Positions 1 through 8,809 of a stretch of DNA of 64,000 nucleotides are shown here, one piece after another. The DNA lies in NCBI GenBank assembly GCA_910576535.1, contig CAJTKK010000002.1, positions 278,483 to 342,482 of the forward strand. The letters run 5' to 3'. Both the position numbers and the translations under genes were made by a program. Below the pieces are notes generated by a model. That model saw only the letters and a list, made by a program, of their open reading frames with translations. It did no database searches and had not been told where the DNA came from. Each line of letters begins with the position of its first letter. The first letter of the stretch is position 1. The stretch is from an uncultured Lachnospiraceae bacterium (GTDB taxonomy: Bacteria; Bacillota; Clostridia; Lachnospirales; Lachnospiraceae).

Positions 1-150
1 ACAAAGCTGGTGAATGTCAAGAACCAGGATACTATGACGAAGATTCTGGATATGATTCCTGATATTGTAGAAAAGTTTACAAAGCCGGAGGAAAAAGAAG
101 AACTGCCGGACGATGACACGGCCGTAGATATTGCTTTTCCGGGGAATTAA
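1..150 (+). CDS. 3' end of a GerW/YtfJ-family sporulation protein (partial)
   Basis: Frame 1 is open from the window edge: TKLVNVKNQDTMTKILDMIPDIVEKF...*. KILDMIPD resembles the YtfJ C-terminus. Confidence 0.6.
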   Translation, partial: TKLVNVKNQDTMTKILDMIPDIVEKFTKPEEKEELPDDDTAVDIAFPGN

Positions 151-181
151 TGCCCTTTACCAATGAGGAACAAGGAAATAA

Positions 182-211
182 GCATCAATTGGAAGAAGGG
201 TGCATATGATA
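182..211 (+). promoter_or_regulatory. Putative sigma-E-type sporulation promoter
   Basis: GCATC-N16-CATATGATA upstream of the small ORF at 240. Confidence 0.4.
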
Positions 212-239
212 AAGTAAGAGCATAAGCGGAGATGTGGGC

Positions 240-383
240 ATGAAAAAAATGATTGGCTTTATCGCCTTTTGGATTGCGGTAGGAATGCTGCTTATGCTTC
301 TTTTTTTTACCAGCAGATTTATTGGGCTGATTATTTGTGCTTTGCTGTTACTGATTGGCTATAATTTCTATTATTGCGATTGA
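240..383 (+). CDS. Small 47-aa membrane protein with two predicted TM segments (not in ORF track)
   Basis: GGAG RBS; MKKMIGFIAFWIAVGMLLMLLFFTSRFIGLIICALLLLIGYNFYYCD*. Confidence 0.7.
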   Translation: MKKMIGFIAFWIAVGMLLMLLFFTSRFIGLIICALLLLIGYNFYYCD

Positions 384-411
384 TGCGCACAAGGATACGA
401 AGGTGTGGAAA

Positions 412-960
412 ATGAGAAATATAGATGAAATCTTGAAGGACGGGAATGAGAAAGAATTAAGCGAATTGAAAACCTGGCTTTTCAGGGAAGAATTCCGGCT
501 GTCGATGATACGGGAAGAGCTGGACGAGCTTAGAAGAAAACTGGAAAACGAAAAGAAATTTCATGAAACGGAAATGAAAAGCCAGCAGCATAAGCTAAAA
601 ATTGAAAAGGGGCGGCTGGAGCAGGAGAACCGGCTTTTGGATCAGAAGATGAAAATCCTTCAAAAAGGATTTGAGGATCTGGATCAGGATAGGCGCACTT
701 TGCAGATGGAAAAGGATAAATTTAATTCCCAGAGAGGTTCTTACCACGAAAGGCATACGTATTCCTCCCCCCATTCAGAAGTGGCGGAGATGCTCTTTAG
801 CGGGGTGAACAGCTTTTTAACATTGAAGAAACGGTATAAGGATCTGATGAAGATGTTTCATCCTGACAATGTAACCGGGGATCATGAAATGGTACAGATC
901 ATTACAAGGGAATATGAGGAATTAAAGAAAGCATATGAAATGGGAAGCAGAGCGAGATAG
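412..960 (+). CDS. Coiled-coil protein with C-terminal J-domain
   Basis: LKKRYKDLMKMFHPDN carries the HPD motif; long charged coiled coil; AAGGTG RBS before ATG 412. Confidence 0.75.
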   Translation: MRNIDEILKDGNEKELSELKTWLFREEFRLSMIREELDELRRKLENEKKFHETEMKSQQHKLKIEKGRLEQENRLLDQKMKILQKGFEDLDQDRRTLQMEKDKFNSQRGSYHERHTYSSPHSEVAEMLFSGVNSFLTLKKRYKDLMKMFHPDNVTGDHEMVQIITREYEELKKAYEMGSRAR

Positions 961-1025
961 CGGCCTGGCTTATGAACGGCTCCCCTTTTCGGGGCGGTAG
1001 AAAGCAGATGCTAATTTGACATAAA

Positions 1026-1057
1026 ATAAAAAAACAGCTAGCTAGCTGTTTTTTTAT
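1026..1057. terminator. Bidirectional terminator
   Basis: Perfect palindrome ATAAAAAAACAGCTAG/CTAGCTGTTTTTTTAT between convergent genes. Confidence 0.8.
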
Positions 1058-1079
1058 ACGTTCAAGGCTGCTTTGCAAA

Positions 1080-1265
1080 TTAAGCTCTTTCTACTAATCC
1101 GGATCTTAAGCACCGTGTGCAAACATGCATTTTCTTATTGCCGCCGTTCAGTTTGCACTTAACCCTTTTTACGTTTGCGTGCCAGATTCTGTTTGTTTTT
1201 CTATGAGAATGGCTTACATTGTTACCAAATTGAACGCCCTTGCCACAAATATCACATTTAGCCAT
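1080..1265 (-). CDS. rpmB: 50S ribosomal protein L28
   Basis: MAKCDICGK...GNNVSHSHRKTNR...VCTRCLRSG. Confidence 0.98.
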   Translation of the reverse strand: MAKCDICGKGVQFGNNVSHSHRKTNRIWHANVKRVKCKLNGGNKKMHVCTRCLRSGLVERA

Positions 1266-1466
1266 TTCTGCACCTCCTCGAAATTATACTCGCAACATTA
1301 GTATAATAGCAGATAAAACCTTATAATGCAAGTAAAAATTTCATGGATTGGAAAATTATTTTATTTGAAATTCAATATTTTCTTGTTTCTTTACCAAATA
1401 ACGGTTATAATACATCATATATATTATGTGCAAGGTATTTTTGACAAAAAAATAAGGAGGTATAGT

Positions 1467-1826
1467 ATGAAAGCTTCTTCTATGGATACTCATATGGGAA
1501 ATATAGCTATTGATAATGAAGTAATTGCGCAATACGCTGGCTCAGTTGCCATGGAATGCTTTGGCATCGTCGGGATGGCCGGCGTAAATGTAAAGGATGG
1601 GCTGGTTAAACTGCTGAAGATGGATAGTATGACAAGGGGCATCAAGGTGCTGCTTCACAATAACAAGCTGATTCTTAATTTCCATGTTATTGTTTCGTAC
1701 GGTGTCAGCATATTGGCGGTATCAGATAATCTGATCAGTAATGTAAAATATAGAGTGGAAGAGTTTACCGGTATTGAAATTGAAAAAATCAACATCTTTG
1801 TAGAAGGTGTAAGAGTGATTGATTAA
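1467..1826 (+). CDS. yloU: Asp23/Gls24 family protein (YloU)
   Basis: AAGGAGG RBS before ATG 1467; ECFGIVGM and INIFVEGVRV; conserved rpmB-yloU-fakA order. Confidence 0.9.
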   Translation: MKASSMDTHMGNIAIDNEVIAQYAGSVAMECFGIVGMAGVNVKDGLVKLLKMDSMTRGIKVLLHNNKLILNFHVIVSYGVSILAVSDNLISNVKYRVEEFTGIEIEKINIFVEGVRVID

Positions 1827-1840
1827 GGAGGAAATTTGTT

Positions 1841-3502
1841 GTGGTTAAGACAATCGACGCTAAGATGCTTTCTAAGATGTTCTTAGCTGGCGCAAAAAAA
1901 TTGGAAGAAAAAAAGGAATGGATTAATGAACTGAACGTATTTCCAGTTCCGGACGGGGATACCGGAACAAATATGACCTTAACCATTATGTCAGCGGCAA
2001 AAGAAGTGTCGGCTATGGAAAAACCGGATATGACGGCGCTGTGTAAGGCGGTATCGTCCGGTTCCCTGAGAGGGGCCAGGGGAAATTCGGGGGTTATTTT
2101 GTCCCAGCTTTTCCGCGGTTTTACGAAAGGTGTAAGGGATTATGAAAAACTGGACACCAAGATTCTGGCGGGCGCTTTTGAAAAAGCAGTGGAGACGGCC
2201 TACAAGGCAGTTATGAAACCGAAAGAGGGAACGATCCTTACAGTAGCGAAAGGCGGCGCGCAGAAAGCGAGGGAGCTGGCCGATAATGGGGAGGAAGATC
2301 TGACGGTTTATTTTGAAGAGATCATTAAGTCTGCGGATGAAGCGCTGGCAAGAACCCCGGATCTTCTTCCGGTGTTAAAACAGGCAGGGGTAGTGGATTC
2401 CGGCGGGCAAGGGCTGATGCAGGTGCTGAAAGGGGCTTATGAGGCTTTTCTTGGGAAGGAAATTGATTTTAATATCCCGGATATTAAATCATCCTCTTCA
2501 GTAACGTCAATGAATATGGATGTGCAGGCGCAGGCAGATATTAAGTTTGGTTACTGCACGGAATTTATCATTATGTTAAGCAGGAATTTCAATATAAAAC
2601 AGGAGATGGATTTTAAGGCCTATCTGGAATCTATCGGTGATTCCATTGTTGTTGTTGCAGATGATGATGTGGTCAAGGTACATGTACATACCAACGACCC
2701 AGGTATGGCAATACAAAAGGCCTTAAAATACGGCGCTCTTTCCAATATGAAGATTGATAACATGAGACTGGAACATCAGGAAAAACTGTTTAAAATGGCG
2801 GAAAAGCAGAAAGAGGAAGTCCAGCCTGAAGCGGCGCCAAAAAAAGAAGCCGGGTTTATCGCTGTTTCAGCAGGGGACGGAATTGAGGAAATATTCAAAG
2901 GGCTTGGCGTAGATTATATTATTGAAGGCGGGCAGACAATGAACCCAAGTACGGCGGATATACTTGACGCTGTTGAGAAAGTCAATGCAGATACCGTTTA
3001 TATACTTCCCAACAATAAGAATATTGTGCTTGCAGCAGAGCAGGCTGCCCATATGGCGGAGGATAAAAAGATTGTTGTTATTCCCACCAAGACAGTACCC
3101 CAAGGAATTACAGCAGTGATTAATTATGTACCGGAGCTTTCTGTCCAGGAGAATACGGATACGATGATTGAAGAGATGAAAACGGTGCGTACAGGGCAGG
3201 TAACCTATGCGGTAAGGGATACGGTCATTGATGACAAAGAGATCAAACAAGGGGATTATATGGGAATCGGCGACAGCGGCATTCTGTCGAACGGCGCTGA
3301 TATGCTGGAAGTTACTTTCCGGATGATTGAAGATATGATGGATGATGAGAAAGAACTGATCAGTATTTATTATGGCAGTGAGGTTTCCGAGGAAACGGCG
3401 GATGAGCTTAGGGAGAAGGTAGAAGCAAGATATCCGAAGTGTGACGTGGAGCTGCAATATGGCGGCCAGCCGATTTATTACTATATTGTTTCTGCGGAAT
3501 AG
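1841..3502 (+). CDS. fakA: DAK2-domain fatty acid kinase subunit A (YloV)
   Basis: NVFPVPDGDTGTNM, GARGNSGVILSQ, GGQTMNPS, GGQPIYYY. Confidence 0.93.
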   Translation: MVKTIDAKMLSKMFLAGAKKLEEKKEWINELNVFPVPDGDTGTNMTLTIMSAAKEVSAMEKPDMTALCKAVSSGSLRGARGNSGVILSQLFRGFTKGVRDYEKLDTKILAGAFEKAVETAYKAVMKPKEGTILTVAKGGAQKARELADNGEEDLTVYFEEIIKSADEALARTPDLLPVLKQAGVVDSGGQGLMQVLKGAYEAFLGKEIDFNIPDIKSSSSVTSMNMDVQAQADIKFGYCTEFIIMLSRNFNIKQEMDFKAYLESIGDSIVVVADDDVVKVHVHTNDPGMAIQKALKYGALSNMKIDNMRLEHQEKLFKMAEKQKEEVQPEAAPKKEAGFIAVSAGDGIEEIFKGLGVDYIIEGGQTMNPSTADILDAVEKVNADTVYILPNNKNIVLAAEQAAHMAEDKKIVVIPTKTVPQGITAVINYVPELSVQENTDTMIEEMKTVRTGQVTYAVRDTVIDDKEIKQGDYMGIGDSGILSNGADMLEVTFRMIEDMMDDEKELISIYYGSEVSEETADELREKVEARYPKCDVELQYGGQPIYYYIVSAE

Positions 3503-3566
3503 ATTGATCCGGTCAGACGGCAATCTGAGCCTAAGCCTCAAATATAGGTGTTTTGAATTTGGAACG

Positions 3567-3602
3567 GATATAAAAAGGACGGGATTCCGTCCTTTTTATA
3601 TC
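3567..3602 (+). terminator. Rho-independent terminator
   Basis: GATATAAAAAGGACGG-GATT-CCGTCCTTTTTATATC. Confidence 0.8.
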
Positions 3603-3658
3603 ATAAGATTTAGGTAGCTGACGGTGTATTGCCTAAAAGAATTCAGAAGGAGTATATC

Positions 3659-5716
3659 ATGACAGGGGACGGAACGGATATTATACAGCTAAAAGGGATT
3701 GGAGTTAAGACAGCCAAGCTCTTTTATAAACTGAATATTAAAAATACCGGGGATCTGCTCCGTAATTATCCAAGGGATTATGAAACATTTTCTCCCCCGC
3801 TTTCCACCAAAGACATTGTTCCCGGGGAACTTTGTTCTGTGAGGGCATCTCTTGCAGGAAATATGACATCAAAAAAAATACGCAGTTTGACGGTAATCAA
3901 TTTTGTTGTCAAAGATGAGGCAGGAGAAATCTTCATGACCTATTTTAATATGCCGTATGTGAAAAATATTCTGAAAAGAGGTTATTTTTATATTTTCCGG
4001 GGGGTAGTCCAAAAAAACAACGGAAGGCTGGTGATGGAGCAGGCAAAAATATACCGGCCGGAGGAATATTCTAAATTAATGGGCATACTTCAACCAAAAT
4101 ATTCTTTGACGGCAGGCCTTACCAATCATATGGTAACGAAAGCGGTGAAACAGGCTCTGGCCTCCTGTCTTCCGGATATGGATTATCTTCCGGAGTGGAT
4201 CAGAAAAGAGCAGAATCTGGTTACCTGCCGCCAGGCAATAGAGGAAATCCATTTTCCGCCGGATTACGAAAGAATGCTGGCAGCGAGAAAAAGGCTGGTA
4301 TTTGATGAGTTTTTTATTTTTTTGCTGGTACTTCGCAGGTGTAAAGAACACAGCAAGGATTTGGAAAACGGTTATCCTATGATGGAAACATCCCATACGG
4401 GGAGGTTTTTAGAAGCGTTGCCTTATACGCTGACAAAGGCGCAGGGCAGGGTATGGGAGGAGATAAAAGGGGATCTGCTTGGCCATAAGGCCATGAACCG
4501 GTTAGTGCAAGGGGATGTGGGATCCGGAAAAACAATTCTGGCCTTCCTGGCCTTGCTGATGTGCGTATCCAATGGTTACCAGGGAGCCATGATGGCGCCT
4601 ACCGAAGTGCTGGCCGGACAGCATTTTGAATCATTGAAGGAATTAACCCGGAAATATAGCCTTCCTTTTTGTCCGGCGCTTTTGACAGGCTCCATGACGG
4701 CAAAAGAAAAAAAAGATGTTTACGAAGAAATGAAAAGCGGAAAAGCAAATGTAATCATTGGCACCCATGCTTTAATACAGGAAAAAGCAGAATATAAGAA
4801 CCTGGCATTGGTTGTGACGGACGAACAGCACCGGTTTGGCGTAAGGCAAAGGGAAAGACTGGCTGGAAAAGGGGAAGGAGTGCATGTCCTGGTCATGAGC
4901 GCTACGCCGATTCCCAGAACTTTGGCGTTGATCCTCTATGGGGACTTGGACATTTCCATAGTCGATGAATTACCGGCCAACCGGCTTCCTATTAAAAATT
5001 GTGTAGTAGGAACAGAGTACCGGGAGAAGGCATACCGTTTTATCGAAAAAGAAGTCCGGCTGGGTCATCAGGTTTATGTCATCTGCCCTATGGTAGAAGA
5101 GGGGGAACTGGAAGGCGTGGAGAATGTGGTTTCCTATACGGAAAAGCTGAAAGGCATATTGCCAGCGGACATACAGATTGCATGTCTGCACGGGAAAATG
5201 CGCCCAGCCGATAAGAACAGGCTGATGGGGGAGTTTGCAGCCCATAATATTGACGTATTAGTTTCTACTACAGTGATTGAGGTAGGCATTAACGTACCGG
5301 ATGCAACTGTTATGATGGTAGAAAATGCAGAACGGTTCGGGCTGGCGCAGCTTCATCAGTTAAGGGGAAGGGTTGGACGCGGATCCAGCCAGTCTTATTG
5401 TATTTTTATTAATGGTTCAGGAAAAGAAGAAAATTACAGCAGGCTGGATATCTTAAACCGTTCCAATGACGGGTTTTATATTGCCGGGGAGGATTTAAAA
5501 ATGCGCGGTCCGGGCGATCTGTTCGGTATCCGGCAAAGCGGGCTGATGGATTTTAAAATCGGGGATATTTATCAGGATGCAGATTTATTGAAAACAGCAG
5601 GAGACTATGCCAGCCGGGCGCTGGAGGAAGATGCGGATTTGATCAAACCGGAAAATGAAATGTTAGGAAAGTATATGGAGAATGTATTAAATGCAGTTGA
5701 CTTCCGGACAATCTGA
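3659..5716 (+). CDS. recG: ATP-dependent DNA helicase RecG
   Basis: QGDVGSGKT, DEQHRFGV, MSATPIPRT, QLHQLRGRVGRG; GAAGGAG RBS before ATG 3659. Confidence 0.97.
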   Translation: MTGDGTDIIQLKGIGVKTAKLFYKLNIKNTGDLLRNYPRDYETFSPPLSTKDIVPGELCSVRASLAGNMTSKKIRSLTVINFVVKDEAGEIFMTYFNMPYVKNILKRGYFYIFRGVVQKNNGRLVMEQAKIYRPEEYSKLMGILQPKYSLTAGLTNHMVTKAVKQALASCLPDMDYLPEWIRKEQNLVTCRQAIEEIHFPPDYERMLAARKRLVFDEFFIFLLVLRRCKEHSKDLENGYPMMETSHTGRFLEALPYTLTKAQGRVWEEIKGDLLGHKAMNRLVQGDVGSGKTILAFLALLMCVSNGYQGAMMAPTEVLAGQHFESLKELTRKYSLPFCPALLTGSMTAKEKKDVYEEMKSGKANVIIGTHALIQEKAEYKNLALVVTDEQHRFGVRQRERLAGKGEGVHVLVMSATPIPRTLALILYGDLDISIVDELPANRLPIKNCVVGTEYREKAYRFIEKEVRLGHQVYVICPMVEEGELEGVENVVSYTEKLKGILPADIQIACLHGKMRPADKNRLMGEFAAHNIDVLVSTTVIEVGINVPDATVMMVENAERFGLAQLHQLRGRVGRGSSQSYCIFINGSGKEENYSRLDILNRSNDGFYIAGEDLKMRGPGDLFGIRQSGLMDFKIGDIYQDADLLKTAGDYASRALEEDADLIKPENEMLGKYMENVLNAVDFRTI

Positions 5717-5804
5717 CGGTAAGATATATTATGGACTGTTGTATTTTGATAGCAGATAAGCGAGCTGAAAGGAGAAGCGCTGACGGGCGGCGCGGTGTAA
5801 AAGA

Positions 5805-6665
5805 GTGGCAAAGATTGGAATTGTAACAGACAGTAACAGCGGAATTACACAAAAACAGGCGAAGGAGCTGGGGATTTATGTGCTGCCTATGCCTTTTATG
5901 GTAAATGAAGAGACTTTTTATGAAGATATTAGCCTGTCCCAAGAAGAATTCTATGAACGGCTGGCTAACGGGGATGATGTCGTGACCAGCCAGCCTTCCC
6001 CTGAATCGGTGATGAAGCTCTGGGACAATGTGCTGGAGGAATATGATGAGATCGTGCATATCCCTATGAGCAGCGGTTTATCAGGATCTTGTCAAAGTGC
6101 GATGATGCTTGCCCAGGACTATGACGGCAAGGTACAGGTAGTGAATAATCAAAGAATATCCGTTACGCAAAGACAGTCTGCGCTGGATGCAGTCAAGCTG
6201 GCAAAGGACGGTAAAAGCGCGGAAGAAATTAAATTATTCCTGGAAGAAGATAAATTCAATTCCAGCATTTATATTATGCTGGATACGCTTTATTACTTAA
6301 AAAAGGGCGGGAGGATTACCCCTGCAGCCGCGGCTCTTGGCACATTATTGCGGTTAAAACCAGTATTGCAGATCCAGGGGGATAAACTGGACGCTTTTGC
6401 CAAAGCGAGAACAACCAGCCAGGGAAAAACGGTTATGATCAACGCAATCAAGAACGACATGGTAAACCGTTTCGGCGGTGCGGATAAAAACAACATCTGG
6501 CTACAGATTGCCCACAGCCATAATGAGGAAGCGGCAAGCGCTTTAAAAAATGAACTGCTGGAAATTTTTCCTGGTTTTGATATTCATACAGATCCCCTTT
6601 CTTTAAGCATTGCGTGTCACATAGGCCCAGGGTCGCTGGCAATTGCCTGCTGTAAGAAAATATAG
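5805..6665 (+). CDS. DegV family fatty-acid-binding protein (FakB-like)
   Basis: IVTDS, TSQPS, SSGLSGS, LKKGGRI, HIGPG. Confidence 0.93.
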   Translation: MAKIGIVTDSNSGITQKQAKELGIYVLPMPFMVNEETFYEDISLSQEEFYERLANGDDVVTSQPSPESVMKLWDNVLEEYDEIVHIPMSSGLSGSCQSAMMLAQDYDGKVQVVNNQRISVTQRQSALDAVKLAKDGKSAEEIKLFLEEDKFNSSIYIMLDTLYYLKKGGRITPAAAALGTLLRLKPVLQIQGDKLDAFAKARTTSQGKTVMINAIKNDMVNRFGGADKNNIWLQIAHSHNEEAASALKNELLEIFPGFDIHTDPLSLSIACHIGPGSLAIACCKKI

Positions 6666-6700
6666 GGCGGGGTTTTCTTTTCTTATATTCTATCCAATAT

Positions 6701-6752
6701 AAAAAGCCAATGGCTAGGAGACGGGATTTATCTCCTAAGCATTGGCTTTTTT
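6701..6752 (+). terminator. Terminator-like hairpin
   Basis: AAAAAGCCAATG...CATTGGCTTTTTT with inner TAGGAGA/TCTCCTA. Confidence 0.7.
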
Positions 6753-6861
6753 CAGTCCGGATCCATTCTACTATATGCGGTATTTTCCGCTTTTCATCCC
6801 ACAAAATATATGCTATACTACAGAATGGATTTTTGGATAATTGCGGGAAAGGGTGGAAATT

Positions 6862-8784
6862 ATGGCAAAAACAGATACATATGACGCCTCAAAAATAACA
6901 GTCCTGGAAGGGCTGGAAGCGGTCAGGAAAAGACCGGGGATGTATATTGGGAGCGTTTCTTATAAAGGCCTGAACCATTTAATATATGAAATTGTGGATA
7001 ATGCAGTGGACGAGCATTTGGCTGGTTATTGCAGCAAAATAAAAGTCACCCTGGAAGCGGACGGTTCCGCGACGGTAGAGGATAACGGGCGGGGGATCCC
7101 GGTGGGGATGCATGAAAAAGGAGTCAGCGCGGAACGCCTGGTTTTTACAACCCTTCATGCCGGCGGAAAATTTGATAATTCCGCATATAAGACCAGCGGC
7201 GGGCTGCATGGCGTTGGTTCTTCCGTAGTGAACGCCCTGTCTGCTTATTTGACAGTGCAAGTAAAAAATGGCGGCTTGATTTATGAAGACAAATATGAAA
7301 GAGGAACCCCGGTGATTGAATTAAAAGACGGGTTGCTGCCTGTGATCGGAAAGACAAGGGAGACGGGGACAAAAGTTAATTTTCTTCCGGATGATACGGT
7401 TTTTGACAGGACGCGGTTTAAAGAAGATGAGGTAAAGAGCCGCCTTCATGAAACTGCGTATTTAAATCCGGCTCTTACGATTATTTATGATGACAAACGT
7501 AAGAACCCGGCGGAGCATATCGAATATCATGAGCCGGAAGGGATTGTGGGATTTATTAAAGATATGAATAAATCGAAAGAAACTGTCCATGACGTGATTT
7601 ATTATAAAGGTGAAAGCGAAGATATTTCTGTGGAAGCGGCTTTCCAATATGTCAATGAATTTCATGAAAATGTGCTGGGGTTCTGTAACAACATATATAA
7701 TGCGGAAGGCGGGACGCATCTGACCGGGTTTAAAACGATGTTTACCAATGTAATCAATACCTATGCCAGGGAACTAAATATATTAAAAGAAAAGGATGTG
7801 AATTTTACGGGGGCGGATGTCCGTAGCGGGATGACAGCCGTAGTGTCCGTCAAGCATCCGGATCCCAGGTTTGAAGGACAGACAAAAACGAAGCTGGACA
7901 ACCAGGATGCGGCAAAGGTAGTCAGTAAAGTGACGGGGGAAGAAATTGTCCGCTATTTTGACCGTAATCTGGAAACGTTAAAAAACGTAATTGGATGTGC
8001 GGAAAAGGCAGCGAAAATCCGGAAGACGGAAGAAAAAGCAAAGACAAATATGCTGACAAAACAGAAATTTTCGTTCGATTCTAACGGGAAACTGGCGAAT
8101 TGTGAGTCGAAGGACGCTTCCAGGTGCGAAATTTTTATCGTGGAAGGGGATTCTGCGGGAGGAAGCGCGAAAACGGCAAGGAACCGTGCATTTCAAGCGA
8201 TTTTACCTATCCGGGGAAAGATACTGAATGTGGAAAAGGCAAGTATTGACAAAGTCCTTGCAAATGCGGAGATTAAAACGATGATCAATGCTTTTGGCTG
8301 CGGTTTTTCAGAAGGCTATGGAAATGATTTTGATATTTCCAGGTTACGCTATGACAAGATCATTATCATGGCGGATGCGGATGTGGACGGGGCTCATATT
8401 TCCACCCTGCTTCTGACCCTGTTTTACCGTTTTATGCCGGAGCTTATTTATGAGGGCCATGTGTATCTTGCTATGCCGCCTTTATATAAAGCGATGCCGG
8501 CAAAAGGGGAAGAGGAATATTTGTATGACGACAAGGCTCTTGAAAAATATAGGAAACGGCATAAAGGCCCTTTTACTTTGCAGCGTTACAAAGGGCTTGG
8601 GGAAATGGATGCCGGGCAGTTATGGGAAACGACGCTGAACCCGGAAACAAGGCTTTTAAAACTGGTGGAAATCGAAGATGCGCGTATGGCTTCGGAAGTG
8701 ACGGAAATGCTGATGGGAACAGAAGTGCCGCCGAGAAAAGCATTTATTTATGAACATGCGGCAGATGCGGAACTGGATATATAG
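6862..8784 (+). CDS. parE: Type IIA topoisomerase B subunit (ParE-like)
   Basis: VRKRPGMYIG, HAGGKF, EGDSAGG, DADVDG, QRYKGLGEM; paired with an A subunit that lacks the GyrA-box. Confidence 0.8.
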   Translation: MAKTDTYDASKITVLEGLEAVRKRPGMYIGSVSYKGLNHLIYEIVDNAVDEHLAGYCSKIKVTLEADGSATVEDNGRGIPVGMHEKGVSAERLVFTTLHAGGKFDNSAYKTSGGLHGVGSSVVNALSAYLTVQVKNGGLIYEDKYERGTPVIELKDGLLPVIGKTRETGTKVNFLPDDTVFDRTRFKEDEVKSRLHETAYLNPALTIIYDDKRKNPAEHIEYHEPEGIVGFIKDMNKSKETVHDVIYYKGESEDISVEAAFQYVNEFHENVLGFCNNIYNAEGGTHLTGFKTMFTNVINTYARELNILKEKDVNFTGADVRSGMTAVVSVKHPDPRFEGQTKTKLDNQDAAKVVSKVTGEEIVRYFDRNLETLKNVIGCAEKAAKIRKTEEKAKTNMLTKQKFSFDSNGKLANCESKDASRCEIFIVEGDSAGGSAKTARNRAFQAILPIRGKILNVEKASIDKVLANAEIKTMINAFGCGFSEGYGNDFDISRLRYDKIIIMADADVDGAHISTLLLTLFYRFMPELIYEGHVYLAMPPLYKAMPAKGEEEYLYDDKALEKYRKRHKGPFTLQRYKGLGEMDAGQLWETTLNPETRLLKLVEIEDARMASEVTEMLMGTEVPPRKAFIYEHAADAELDI

Positions 8785-8809
8785 GCAAAGCAGGGAGGGA
8801 TGAACTGCC

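Noticed and set aside
1407..1434. XerCD-dif-like ATAATACATCA-TATATA-TTATGTGCAAG
   Set aside because: Left arm is poor, it overlaps the yloU promoter -10/TSS, and there is no gene-strand switch here; likely AT-rich chance or a regulator site.
2867..3541. Long antisense ORFs (also 22307-23032, 40895-41611, 54721-55431)
   Set aside because: Shadows of well-conserved genes; no RBS or recognisable motifs.
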